Source of the DNA: Ramazzottius varieornatus | Lineage: Eukaryota; Animalia; Tardigrada | DNA: 64,000 nucleotides | Direction: 5' to 3' | Assembly: GCA_001949185.1 (NCBI GenBank) | Contig: BDGG01000012.1 | Coordinates: 1,480,973 to 1,544,972 of the forward strand | Part shown: piece after piece, positions 38,455-51,155 of the stretch | How the letters are laid out: each line of letters opens with the position of its first letter | How positions within the stretch are numbered: the first letter of the stretch is position 1 | The notes under the pieces: generated by a model | The model's database searches: none | What the model was told of the DNA's origin: nothing | The model's input: the letters and a program-made list of their open reading frames with translations, nothing else | Program-made: the position numbers and the translations under genes

Positions 38455-40375
38455 TTACTTGGGGTGAATCATATCTTCCGGTTTAACCCATTCATCAAAC
38501 TGCTCCTCGGTCACATAACCCAACTTCAAAGCTGTTTCTCTCAATGTCGAATTCTCTTTGTGGGCGGTTTTAGCGATCTTAGCAGCTTTATCATATCCAA
38601 TATGACTATTCAAAGCCGTGACCAACATCAACGACTCATTTAGAAGTTTCTTTATTCTGTCCTCGTTGGCCTGAATTCCAACGACGCAGTTCTTTGTGAA
38701 TGAAACGGCGGAGTCCCCGAGGAGCCTTATGGACTGCAGGACATTTCTGACGATTATAGGTTTGAAGACGTTTAGCTCGAAATGCCCATTGCTTCCTCCG
38801 ATGCTTACTGCGACATTGTTACCTACAAGAGAATTCGGAGTTGCACTTCTACACCTATATCCATGTCGATAATCTTACCCATGACTTGCGCGGCTACCAT
38901 CGTCATTTGCTCGCACTGAGTTGGGTTAACTTTGCCAGGCATGATGCTACTTCCGGGTTCGTTCTCAGGTAGTGACAGCTCCCCCAAGCCACTTCGAGGA
39001 CCCGAGCCTAAGAACCTGATGTCGTTTGCGATCTTCATGAAGCTAACAGCAACCGTGTTTAGTGCGCCAGAACAGTGGACCAGAGCATCATGGGTAGCCA
39101 AAGCTTCGAACTTGTTCGGCGCCGTGACAAATGGAAGCTCTAAGGACAACGATAAACTTTGTGTTATCATACATGCGGAGAACAAGCGAATTAGCGACAG
39201 AACTTACTTGTATATCGAGCGATTGTCTCCGCGACCTTTTCTGCAAAGCCCACGGGAGCATTTAGGCCTGTTCCGACAGCAGTCCCACCAGCAGCAAGTT
39301 CGTACACAGCAGGAAGTGCAGCTTCAACGCGAGCAATAGCATTCTTTACTTGTGTCGAGTAACCACTGAATTCTTGTCCTAATGTTAGAGGAGTCGCGTC
39401 CTGAAAAATCTCATCCATCATTCCCCAAGATTCACAAGGTACTAGAGGAATATCAACAAACCTGCGTGTGTGTTCTGCCAATTTTAATTATTCTGTCGAA
39501 TTCTTTTGACTTTGCTTCCAGGGCCTCGTGAAGTTGGTGGAGTGCCGGAAGTAGCCTCGAGTTGATCTCAATTGCAACTGCTATGTGCATGGCAGTGGGG
39601 AACGTATCATTCGAGCTCTGAAGAAACAGACTACGCCTTCAACAAAGTAACTTCTAAGTAAACAACAATTTCACAGTATAAACTTACCTGGCTTTTGTTG
39701 ACATGGTCGTTAGGGTGGACGGGAGTTTTACTTCCTAGTTGGCCTCCGAGCGTTTCGATGGCACGGTTACTTATCACCTCGTTGACGTTCATGTTGGTCT
39801 GGGTTCCCGATCCGGTTTGCCACACCACCAAAGGGAAATGCTCATCTAGGTCGCCGTTGATCACCTCGTCCGCGGCGTCCATAACTGCTTTCGCTATCTT
39901 TTGGTCCAGTCCGAACTTTTGGTTTACTTCCGCCGAAGCTTTCTTGAGTATACCCATGGCATGTATCACAGCAATCTGCAAAATACATTCGCCTTCTAGT
40001 AGGCGATTCTGTGGATATGATGTCTCTTTATCTTCCTATTACGTACGGGCATTCGCTCTGCGTGTCCACCAATATCAAAATTCATCATTGAACGTGCAGT
40101 ATTCGCCCCATAGTACTTGTCATTCGGAACTTGCAACTCTCCAAACGTGTCTCGCTCCTGTCGATATCCAGCCTCTTTCCCTTGCGACTGTAAAAAGGAA
40201 CAACGATAGGAACCACAAGGAAACGGATTCGTGCAAGGTCCTATAGAATGTTCTTTTCAGCACATACCATTTTGCTGGGTGACTGATGAGAGGCGTAATA
40301 GCGACCGCAGATTTGAAAGGGGTTCCTAAACAAAAATGCTCTCCGAACAAACTGCCTGCACAGATGGGAAGCCAT
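38455..40375 (-). CDS. FH: Fumarate hydratase (class II), mitochondrial
   Basis: Arg-rich presequence; [61 protein letters not shown]. Confidence 0.97.
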
Positions 40376-40829
40376 GATCCGCCGAGTTTTCTGTCGGGGC
40401 TTCGCCTACCTTGGCGTGTCCGAGCAGCAAAACTTAATTTTTGGCAAGGGAAACGGGAACAAAGTCCGACTTCCGGTGGAGAAAACAGAAGTTTGATCAC
40501 TGAGATCGCGAAAACAGAAAATTCTTGTACTTAATACGAAAGAATGCAAATCTCCGGGTAAGCCCTCCCGTCCACCAGGGCTTCCTTCATGACCTCCTGC
40601 ATTAAACATGAAAAAACCCTTCTTGAAGAGGGGAACCGCTATTCCGCCCCTGTTTAGTCTTTCCTAGCTTGATTGACTTGATTTGGGAATTAAATTAAAT
40701 CGTAAATCCATCTTTCGGTTTTCGGAAATCTCTCGCAAAGATACCGCACAGAAAGCCTCTTAAGTCTCCGATTGTTGGGATCTCTGAACTGGTCCTCGTT
40801 TATCTTTGCGTGGACTGCGGACCAACAAG

Positions 40830-42060
40830 ATGAGGTAAGAAGACTTGCTCGCTTTCGTCTGAATCTGCTGCCATGGGTAGGTTGAGACGGCGAAGATCTG
40901 CAAGGAGCTGTCCGACCGGAAGGAGACGATGACGTTCAATGATGCTTTTGCATGTATTAGCTGTGCCTCTCATTGAGATGCCATACAGAAGACTCTAACT
41001 GAGAACGTTACTGGAGGGAACAGTTGCGATGACGATGTGGGGATGTGAGGAGAACTTTCGGAAGATAACTCTTGAATGGTTAGTTCATTGATTGGTTTTG
41101 TGTTTTTGCAGTTCTAAAGTCAACCGTGACACCCTGTATGAATGCGTCAACGCTGTCCTCGAGAAGTCCAAAGAAAAGCCCAGGAAGTTTACGGAGACGG
41201 TTGAACTGCAGATTGCTCTGAAGAACTACGATCCCCAGAAGGACAAACGTTTCTCTGGAACCGTCAGGTACGTTCGTTTACAAGTCGGGATCATCGATTA
41301 ATCAATGATACCCAATGCTGTAAGTCCGCATTATCTTGCAGACTGAAGTACACTCCCCGACAGAATTACAAGGTCTGCGTTCTCGGTGACGAACAGCACA
41401 TCGATGAGGCTACTTCCAACCAGCTCCCCGCAATGTCAGCTGACGATCTGAAGAAGCTGAACAAGAACAAGAAGCTTGTTAAGAAACTCGGTAAGGTCCT
41501 GCCGCTTTCTGGCGTATTAGTGGTACGTTTTATAGAATGCGTCGAAACCCATCGTCGCGAAATTTTTTGACGTGTTTGCCGTCTTGTATAGGTCATTGTG
41601 TCAGCTAGCGTGAGTTTTACATTCGGTTTGATTTTGCTTACAGCGAAACAGTACGACGCTTTTCTGGCATCGGATGCTTTGTTGAAGCAGATTCCTCGTC
41701 TGCTTGGACCTGGTCTCAACAAGGCCGGCAAGTTTCCAACGCTGATTACTCACGGAGATAACATGCCAGCTAAAGTGGACGAGCTTAAGAGCACCATCAA
41801 ATTCCAGATGAAGAAGGTACGCTTGTGAGCTGTTCTTCATTTGACATTTCCGGGCATCAACATCTGGATGCCGGTATTCCTCTTTGTAGGTGCTTTGTCT
41901 GGCTGTGGCCATCGGCAACGTGAACATGTCACCCGATGAGTTGGCTGCTAACATCAGCATGGCCGTGAACTTCTTGGTGTCTTTGCTAAAGAAGAACTGG
42001 CAGAATGTGCGCTCCCTGCACATCAAGAGTACCATGGGACCTCCCCAGCAATTGTACTAG
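40830..42060 (+). CDS. RPL10A: 60S ribosomal protein L10a (uL1)
   Basis: ATG AG|gt mini-exon; [66 protein letters not shown]. Confidence 0.98.
40932..41008 (+). ncRNA. Intronic C/D-box snoRNA, SNORD45 (U45)-like 5' half
   Basis: Terminal stem ACGTTC/GAACGT; C box AATGATG; D box CTGA 40999-41002; guide TTGCATGTATTA followed by a CTGT D'-like box, antisense to conserved 18S TAATACATGC; in RPL10A intron 1. Confidence 0.8.
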
Positions 42061-42466
42061 ACTTGGCTTCGTGTTCTATACCGAAATGAGATCGATACTT
42101 TGTCGAGTCACTTTCTTATTGGGGTAAACCGATTGTAGTGTAAAAGATCTACACTCCTGCAGTTTACAGGTTACCTGGAAGCTGAACATGAACAAGATCA
42201 TAAATTTGCTGTTGACTTCGTCGATGGATATCAGCGAATCCGAACAAAAAACCGATCAGAAAGACCTTTCCGCATCTCTTGGCAAGCCGACTCTCGCACA
42301 AAATAATGCAATAAACTGAACGGGGCCACTCCGCGCCAAATCGCCCCACACCATAGCCCACAGTAACAGGCTTCCATCTAAAACTTGAACTACAACTGAC
42401 GAAATACCATGAACCGCCATACCAAAAGTTATCGTGAAAGAATCGCGCGTATAATTGACAACTTCC

Positions 42467-44343
42467 TCACTTAACATCGTACTCCTTCAGTAGATTACCA
42501 GCAATGACGAGTCGCTGAATTTCGGAAGTTCCTTCGTAAATCTCCGTTATCCTCGCATCCCGATAGTGCCTCTCTGCAGGCATGTCGGAAACGTATCCCA
42601 TTCCACCTAAGATCTGGATGGCCTGGTGGGCAATATACGTACAGGTCTCTGAACCGTGCAACTTCGCCATCGCGGATTCCTTAAAAACGCGATCATCATC
42701 AAATTCGTGCAAAACACTATCAACAGTCAACACGGAGGTGAGACATACGACCGGATGAGGTGATGAACAGCTCTTTCGGTAATACGTACTTTCGTATACT
42801 TTCGTCCTGCATCTTTGAGCAATGCTGCCCTATACATCAGGAGCCTTGAAGCCTCGAGTTTTAGAGCCATATCGGCTAGCTTCATCTGCAACAATACGAT
42901 TCATAGTGGAGATATCTTTTATTGCGCGCGCTGAACTTGTACCGTGCCTGGATTGCTTGGAGTTTCGTTAGCGGAGCTCCAAATGCCAACCGTTTGGACG
43001 CATACTCGACAGCACAGTCTAACGCTGCTTGACCGATTCCAACTGACTGGCCGGCAATTCCGATTCGGCCAGCGTCGAGGGTTGTCATTGCAATCTTGAA
43101 ACCTTCACCTTCTTTTCCCAGAAGGTTGGCTTTCGGAATTCTGCAGTCTTCGAAGATTAGGTTGACGGTCGAGGACCCACGAATGCCGAGTTTATCCTCT
43201 TTCTTTCCAATGGAGAACCCGGGAGCAGACTTTGGTATGACGAAGGCACTGATTCCCTTATGTTTTCTGGCTTTTTCTGTGGTCGCGAATACCTGGAATC
43301 AAAGCAGATTCTAGGACTTCAAAGTCGAAAAAAGACGCATTTCTCACCACAGCAGTTTCCGCTTCGTGTCCATTAGTTATCCACGCCTTCGTTCCGTTCA
43401 CCACGTACTCATCTCCCACGAGCTTTGCCGTCGTAGAAGCTGCCCCGGCGTCACTTCCGTTACCTACAGACTGTAGAATTGATCCGATGTTACCCATTAA
43501 GATATGCTAGACCGTCTGACTGGAGAAGGAGCAGAATCTTGAGCAACGCAGTTCCCGGTGACGCTTACCAGGTTCACTAAGTCCGAAACAGCCTACTCGC
43601 TCGCCAGTTGTAAAAGGGACCACAAACTCTTTTATCTGCTCTTCGGTTCCATTGTCTACGATGGGAGCCAAGTACAGGGTCTACGATGAAGAACCCACGT
43701 TATTGTGTACGAGTGTCGTACGTAATGAGAGTTTTACGAAAAACAGTACACGCACGTAGAGTCATGAACTTACATTATGAGCGCTCATTATCACGCCAGC
43801 AGAGGCATCTCCCCGACTGATTTCCTCCATGGCGATGGAGTACGCCAGGTAATCTAGTCCAGTACCGCCGTATTTCTCCGGGATAGCGATAGCCATCAGG
43901 CCGAGTTGACCCATCTTGCGAACCTACAAGGAGATCAGGTTCACACACAGTGACGGTCAGCTGCCTCGACTCGCGCGCAGACTCGTGCATACTAGCGTAG
44001 ATACCAGTTCAGGAGGAAATTGATGGTTTTTATCGACTGCTGCTGCGACAGGTTTGAGTTCATTTTCAGCGAAGTTTCTGCAAGTGTCGCGGAGCATAAG
44101 ATGCGTTTCCGGTAAGTCGATTATGCTAATCGGGGCTCCAAGTGTTGCGCTCGCAAAGCGCCTTTTGCATACTCCTATAGGAACAACGGAACGAACGGAG
44201 TAACGTTAGCTTCGGGTGACAGATTTGAGATCACTGTACTGATGCGTGGAGCTACAGTACAGTAGTATGATTCCACGAGACTTACGTTGCAATGCAATCA
44301 GTCTTATCCCGCGTGCTGCTATCGAACGAAAAATGATCGTCAT
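42467..44343 (-). CDS. ACADS: Short-chain specific acyl-CoA dehydrogenase, mitochondrial
   Basis: [87 protein letters not shown]. Confidence 0.96.
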
Positions 44344-45072
44344 GATCTTGAAGTCTTCCGGGTTCCTGTACCTATCTGCAAACTCGGATGAGAATAAGGA
44401 AAGTCATCCTTGAGAGATCAAGTATCAGATGCAAGTTCCAGAGTCATGAAGGATAAAGAAATTGAGTTATTTCCGAATGGAATGAGATGACGTCATCCGG
44501 CTCTCGTTCCTGCAGAATGCAGACTGGTCAAATGACCCAAGAGTCGCCAGATCCCGCTTTCTGGTCCGTCCTTTGCAAAACGTATCCCGAATCAATCATA
44601 AATTTCCGAAACGGAGATCTGGCATTCTGACGGTATCGCTATAATACGTGCTATGACCAGGAACCGCCGATCTCAAGACAGAAGCAACGAGTGACACTCG
44701 ATTCGTTGGCGAACCAGGAAGATACAGTGGGTACAGAGCAAGCAATCTGTTTCGCGATGGATCATGCTAAACCAGAAACGTGGAACCCTATTTGATATTC
44801 TAAGACAGTAGTTGGAAGGTAAACAGAAGATTAGGAAACACTGACGCTCGGAATTACCATCCGAAAAAACCAGCGACGAAAGAAAGATGAACGTTCGTTC
44901 CGGGGTCGGTCTCGCGTAAATCGGAAAAGTGGCTCTGTAAAACAACAAGTAACTAGTTTCTTGGGGTTTTAGAGCATCTCAAGTGAGTTGAAGAATGCTA
45001 CTAGAGAGAAATCAGTTGCTAACAAAGACCGGCAACAGCATGACACTCCAATCAATATGTCTCGTCTCAAGC

Positions 45073-46035
45073 TTAATCAGCGTCTTCCTCTTCCGACTGG
45101 GAATAGTGAGAAATTGATTCCGTTTCAGCAGATTGTGTTCCTTTGAGCATGTAGTCATCCTCCAGAACTTGCCACCTCTGCGTCGCTTCGTTTCCCTTGT
45201 CTTGTCGGACCTAGACAGGAACAGATTTCATAAAACATAACGTAAAAAAACCGGCGTCTGCGAAGCGACAGTAAATTACAGTTTTTTAGCGGGACGTTAC
45301 GAAGTTACACTCTCGCCTACTCGCACGATTTGCCAAAGGCTTCGTAATGAAATACTCACAGTAACCCCTGGTGCGCCATGAGGATTTTTCAGTAGATCCA
45401 GGAAAGAACTTTTGGACACTGTCTTCAGTGCTTGCTCCGTTTTACGCATGGAGGGACCTGCCTCTTCCAGTTTCTCCTCAAGCACATTCTGCTGCGCTCT
45501 GACCGCGTTGAATAACTGGACCACACCTCTGTCAACAACACAAACACTTCTGTTAAGATGCTTCCAGCTCAGGAAAACGTTCCATGCGACGATGACAGAC
45601 TTGCTTAGTTGCTATCTTTGCCAACTTCCGGTCCTTCTCACGCTCTGTAATAGCAGGTAGAACGTGCCACGGCTCTAGTTCCTTTTTCTGCAAAATGGCA
45701 ATGGTCATCTCTATCATTAGAAAAGCCGTTAAATACTTGCTAAGTGAAAATTTGTACTGAAAACGTGGGAATACCGTTTTCCGTTTGGTGCGTAATGTAG
45801 AGGTAGACTTTGTCGAAGAGGACGATTTGGACGCTTTCTTGGAGCCTTCGGCAACACTTTCGTCCAGCGCATTCCAAGGATCTTCTTTGATCTGCACGGA
45901 AGCATTTTCTGCTTCTTCTTCGCGTTTCAGTTTCTTTGGCTGAGGCACTCCAGAACGCTTCAAAATGTTCTGTATAGCGTCGCCAAATCCGGAGATCGGT
46001 GCTGCCTCAGTCTCGGCAGCGTGGTCCACTTCCAT
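45073..46035 (-). CDS. RRP15: RRP15-like protein
   Basis: GFGDAIQNILK, EKDRKLAKIATK|GVVQLFNAVRAQQ, VSKSSFLDLL, WQVLEDDYML; GC-AG intron (donor 45604). Confidence 0.9.
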
Positions 46036-46540
46036 CGTCGTGCAAAATGTACTAGTAGTAATTGATCGTCAACTTGTCACAAAAGGATGTGGCGGAGCCT
46101 TAGACGTATCCCAAGAAAAGTGTATGGGCAGTGCCAGATGGGAGTGACATTACAGGAAATCCTGAAATTAAAAATAGAGTTTGTGTAAAGAAGTTGTTAT
46201 TGCGCAAGACCTGAACTGTACGGTACAGGACGCCATTTCCGAGACGTAGACTTGCCTTTGCGCACTTGATTGATAGATTTACTTTCATTTATATGGCACG
46301 AGGCCACGAGCAAGCAGCGGATGAATGCAGGAGGCGAGCCACGATCTGTTCGAGATCGCATTTCCGGCTGAGCTGCACTTTCCAGTGTACGGGACGTTAT
46401 TGTTGTGGTTTCGTTTCCGGCATTCTTGTTGTTCGTCCGTCTGAAACTCGGGTACGTTAACTACGGGTTTTAGAACCATGTAGGACGATTGATTAGTTGT
46501 GAATGTTATAGGTCTGGTTCTTCAGCTCTTCAGGAGAATC

Positions 46541-48121
46541 ATGGGGACAGCACTTCTGGCGCAATGGCTAAAGTCGCGTTATTTACTTTCATCCATTCTT
46601 CGACACTCCCAATGGCATTATCCCATGTCAACTTATTCCACTGGCCGCAACAGCTTACTTCCACAACTGGGATTATATGCATGCTCTAGGGAGAAGCTAT
46701 CGCGGCATCCAGATTCCTCCTACACGGATATTCGATGTGTCCACAGCGAGGTGCAGACCAGAGAGAACGAACGCAGCCGTACGTCCCGCTCCCGTCATCC
46801 GTCAACTCGACGTAATCTTCCCCCGCTTGACAGCAACGCCGATGGTCAAGAGTCCAACGAAGAGTATTTCAAGAACGCATTCGCGACCGCAACAGCCGAA
46901 GCAAGTCGCAAACCGCCTGTTGACTGGAACCAGTTTGTCGATCCAGATGACCGCTATCGCTTGTCCGAAGAGGAGTTTGACCGAGATGTAGCTAAGAAGA
47001 CGGATACCAAGTTCGGGACCGTCGAAATTAAGTTCGCGTCGCACTTAGCACCAAAGCCGACTTCGGAGATGAAACCACGTCGGCAGTCCGTCACAGAAGA
47101 ATTAGCTGAAGAACCTGCGATGAATGTGAACCCTGAGTTTGTTGATTCGTTGTCCGACGTATCGACCGATATTCAAAAGATTGACTGGGAAAAGATCGAG
47201 GAGTCATATCCGGAACAGAGACCATTAGAACCTGTGGAAGAAACGGACTTGGAGATGGCGGAAGTGAAGCCAGCCAAACAACCCTTCTCGTACAATCTAG
47301 CGTCGTATGCTAATGAGAGTGACAACATTAAGAGGTTGATAGAAATGGGTGTGCAGGTGTGGAGGTTCGATCGCGACAAAGACGTCTCGCAGTTATTCTT
47401 GACTGGAGAATGGGAAGTGAAAATTCAGCCGTGGGTCGACTGGATGTTGGACACTGGTCTGGAGAAGGAAGACATCAAGTCGGTCCTGGAAAGATCTCCG
47501 CGTATCCTTCTCGAGAAACTCCCGGAACTACAAGAGAAGGTTGAGTACTTCAGATCGAAGAAGTTCGATCGAGCTTTACTAAAGACAGTTCTGATCGGTG
47601 CCCCGATCGTATTCTCCATGACGGTCAGGAGAATTGACAAACAGCTCGGAGAACTACAGCATAGGTTTGGTCTGATAGGACAGGAAGTACGCGATGTCAT
47701 GAACGAGTACCCAAAGTTCATCACGTATCCCATGGCTTCAACGTGGAACCTCAACCGTCTCTGCCTGATCAACGAGATGGGCTTCACGAAGATCGAAGTG
47801 AAGAAGATGTTGTTGAAGGATCCGAGGGTGTTCGTCAAGCTGTCCAAGCTGGTGATTTCGGACAGGTTCGACTACCTACATAATGTGGTTGGTTTACCCC
47901 ATGCACAAATAGCTGCGTTTCCTGATATTCTCATGGTTAATAAACGGACGATTCGAGAGCGACATTTGTTCTTGAAAGCTCTGAAGCGCAATCAGTATGA
48001 TCCTAAGCTCCCTAACTACGTTTCGCCTACAGCGTTGTGTTTCGGAACCGATGCGCAGTTCTGTAGTGGGTGTGCGAAAGAATCTGTATGGACATTCGAC
48101 GAGTTTTGTAAAACTTTGTAA
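46541..48121 (+). CDS. MTERF3: Mitochondrial transcription termination factor 3 (intronless)
   Basis: SYNLASYANESDNIKRLIEMGV, mTERF repeats, C-terminal RERHLFLKALKRNQYDPKLPNYVS...FDEFCKTL. Confidence 0.92.
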   Translation: MGTALLAQWLKSRYLLSSILRHSQWHYPMSTYSTGRNSLLPQLGLYACSREKLSRHPDSSYTDIRCVHSEVQTRENERSRTSRSRHPSTRRNLPPLDSNADGQESNEEYFKNAFATATAEASRKPPVDWNQFVDPDDRYRLSEEEFDRDVAKKTDTKFGTVEIKFASHLAPKPTSEMKPRRQSVTEELAEEPAMNVNPEFVDSLSDVSTDIQKIDWEKIEESYPEQRPLEPVEETDLEMAEVKPAKQPFSYNLASYANESDNIKRLIEMGVQVWRFDRDKDVSQLFLTGEWEVKIQPWVDWMLDTGLEKEDIKSVLERSPRILLEKLPELQEKVEYFRSKKFDRALLKTVLIGAPIVFSMTVRRIDKQLGELQHRFGLIGQEVRDVMNEYPKFITYPMASTWNLNRLCLINEMGFTKIEVKKMLLKDPRVFVKLSKLVISDRFDYLHNVVGLPHAQIAAFPDILMVNKRTIRERHLFLKALKRNQYDPKLPNYVSPTALCFGTDAQFCSGCAKESVWTFDEFCKTL

Positions 48122-48182
48122 CACAAAATCAATAATAATAGAAAATCACGGTCGCTGGCTCTGAATCTAAGGCCGGGTACAG

Positions 48183-49483
48183 TTAGTCGACTAGGTTGTT
48201 ATGAGTGAATAATCTGATTGTTTTTCTTCTGAAGCAAACAACGTGTAGGTGCTCGTTCCGGCACCGCCTTGACATGATAAGGTCCATGCTTAATCCATAA
48301 TTCCCCATCATGGCTCTGACTTCCTCTGCAAACATTTCCCAAGGTAAAAGTTGGTAGCGTTGAAGAACTAAGTGGGTTGTTTACGATATATAGTACCCAG
48401 ATTGTTTTCTTGAAGCAGAACACAGTACAGTAGTCCGTCGGGTGCGAGGAGCTCCTGGGCTTGAACGAAGAACCGGTCCGTAACTTCGCGTCCCCTGTGG
48501 CCACCGGCCCATGCTTTGCTACTGAGATCTCCTTCGTCGAGCTAACAAAATGAGTATTTAAAGGAAACGAGCATAAGGAGGAAGGATCTTGTTTCACAGA
48601 GCCTTCCGATTGCTTACCTCGACGGACGAAGTAACGACATACGGAGGATTGAAAAGAATTAGATGTACTGCTCCTGCTGCCGCCGGAAGAAGCGTGGAAG
48701 CCTACAAAAATGTGGACCATGATTGACTCACTTTTGGTCCGGGCGTTAGTTTCTTCGGCATGTAAGAAATACCGGACAGACGAGTGCTCATCGGAGATGC
48801 TATGCACACAAACTTCCGGGTCCACCGTGCTCGCCACTTACCAGGTTACCTGTCATCAGATCCCACGAGCAGTGTATCGAGGTTGCCGGATTAGTGGAAA
48901 ATGTTACGGCAGTGGCCGAAACGGCGGAAGGATTGAGATCGGCACACCTACAAAAGAAGCTAAACGGTCATGTCTCACGTCTCATAAGACACTGAAATAC
49001 TCGCTTGGTCATAGTCAGGAGCTACACTATCATGCATTCGCCAATTACAGCTCACAATAAATGTAACGTTCCGTAGTCTTCCAGTACTATTCGTAGCTTA
49101 CCTACAGCATATGACATGGAGCGGCCAAGTTACTAGCAACGAAAGCGCTGATAATGCCCGATCCGCATCCCATCTCAAGGCATAACGCTGGGCGTAACGC
49201 TGTAATTGTGCTCCAATCTTTCTCCAAGGCGTCGAGGAACAGAAAACTGTCTTCCGCCGGCTCGTACACGGATGAAAACCTGCAAGGCAATACCCAGTGA
49301 CTATGTGCTGACCGTACTTCAAGTTCACAGGTGCCTGTTTCCCAGAAGACACAGTCACAATGTGGAACGAATATAATTCGGAGAAGATCGCAACTAACTA
49401 CGCCTAATAAGGGTGAGCAGAACAACGCGGGGTACTTGCCTCGGCTGGGAAAGATGGCTGGTGTTCGGGGTGGAGAACGACAT
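48183..49483 (-). CDS. N6AMT1: HemK2/N6AMT1 methyltransferase
   Basis: VYEPAEDSFLFLDALE, CLEMGCGSG, DLNP, FNPPY, AWAGGHRGREVTDRF; first intron is GC-AG (donor 49439). Confidence 0.93.
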
Positions 49484-49864
49484 TCTTCGCTATTGCGCGG
49501 ACAGACCAAAATAAGACACTATCTTCTAACTAGCGGTTGACGAAGTACGGCTGCACAATATTGATGCCTGTCGTCCACTGTGGGAACTTCAGGTGAAACG
49601 CAAAATGATATAGATTCTAAGCTCTGTTTCATCCACCGACGGGTGGTACTTTTAGCCTCCTGGCCAACCCATCCAACATTTATTATGGATTCCTTCACGA
49701 CCATAGTTCTTAGTTCGCGAGGCGGGTCAACGCAGCCGTTTTAAGAAGTTAAGATCAGCTTTCGATCATCCCGCTACGGGGGAAGATCAACTGATAGGTC
49801 TCTGATCCGCAGTATGTACGATCCTCCACACAGTCGTACGCGTGAATCCGTCCCGGGTAGTGAG

Positions 49865-50264
49865 NNNNNNNNNNNNNNNNNNNNNNNNNNNNNNNNNNNN
49901 NNNNNNNNNNNNNNNNNNNNNNNNNNNNNNNNNNNNNNNNNNNNNNNNNNNNNNNNNNNNNNNNNNNNNNNNNNNNNNNNNNNNNNNNNNNNNNNNNNNN
50001 NNNNNNNNNNNNNNNNNNNNNNNNNNNNNNNNNNNNNNNNNNNNNNNNNNNNNNNNNNNNNNNNNNNNNNNNNNNNNNNNNNNNNNNNNNNNNNNNNNNN
50101 NNNNNNNNNNNNNNNNNNNNNNNNNNNNNNNNNNNNNNNNNNNNNNNNNNNNNNNNNNNNNNNNNNNNNNNNNNNNNNNNNNNNNNNNNNNNNNNNNNNN
50201 NNNNNNNNNNNNNNNNNNNNNNNNNNNNNNNNNNNNNNNNNNNNNNNNNNNNNNNNNNNNNNNN
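49865..50264. other. Assembly gap (400 N)
   Basis: Run of N; ORFs spanning it are artefacts. Confidence 1.
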
Positions 50265-50467
50265 ATCGTACATACTGAGGATCAGACACCGTTCGACGCA
50301 GTATACTGTTGTTGCCCCAAAAACAGTAGTAAAATCGGCTTTTTCTGCATTTTCTGGCCGGATTCTGCTGTTTGCTTCACTCTCCGTAAAACAACGACGT
50401 TTACGATGTGTTTAACATGTTTTTCCGTTGGCAGGCGGAAACTCTGAATTTTTTAATGCAGTGCAGT

Positions 50468-51025
50468 TAAGGTTGTAAATTCCTATTTCCATTCCTTTCC
50501 AAATTCCGTTCCATTCCTGGAATTCCGTTCCAAGGGGTAGCTGTTTAGAACGGTGGAATTCCTATTTGGAAAACTAGCAAAAATCGTAAGAAAATTTAGG
50601 AACTCCACGAGGTAAACAGTCGAAGATCCAGCATATCCTGTCGAAAAACTGAACCCGATGCTGGCTCACACACACTGAGCCTAATTGGTCGTTCAGTTGA
50701 ACGACCAATAGCATTTTCGATCCGCCGCACTAAAGAATGCGGCGCATTCAACTGTGCGTAAGTCTTTCATTATCCCTTGGACTTTCGAAAGTTCGGATCG
50801 GCCAATCTCCAGCTGGCTTTCAGTCTCAAAACCAATATTTTTTGATGACTTCAGATCTCGTTTACTGTTCTAGATGGGTATGTAAAAAGAACTAAACTGA
50901 CAAATGGGAGTTTGGAATTCTAGATTTTTGCGAGGACGTTCTAGAGAAGGGAATAGGAATATAGGAATATTAGGAATTTCTTATTTTCCATTCCAAGGGC
51001 ATTCTGCCTGGAATTTACAACCTTA
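50468..51025. mobile_element. Non-autonomous hAT-type element (558 bp)
   Basis: 16-bp TIRs TAAGGTTGTAAATTCC / GGAATTTACAACCTTA; perfect 8-bp TSD AGTGCAGT (50460-50467, 51026-51033); subterminal GGAAT/ATTCC repeats. Confidence 0.88.
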
Positions 51026-51155
51026 AGTGCAGTGCAGAAGCAGCACTGGTTTCGCCTACTACTGCAGGGCTCTACGTCGTACAGCACTCGTATGATACGG
51101 ACCACGTACATGGGGCAGGGCGGCGTTTTGAATTGTTAATGGTGGCCATAATTCC

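Noticed and set aside
41492-41643. Possible H/ACA snoRNA in RPL10A intron (ATAGAA, ACA near the 3' end)
   Set aside because: Could not establish two convincing hairpins or a target by eye
49755-50447. Long ORFs of X residues
   Set aside because: They span the N gap
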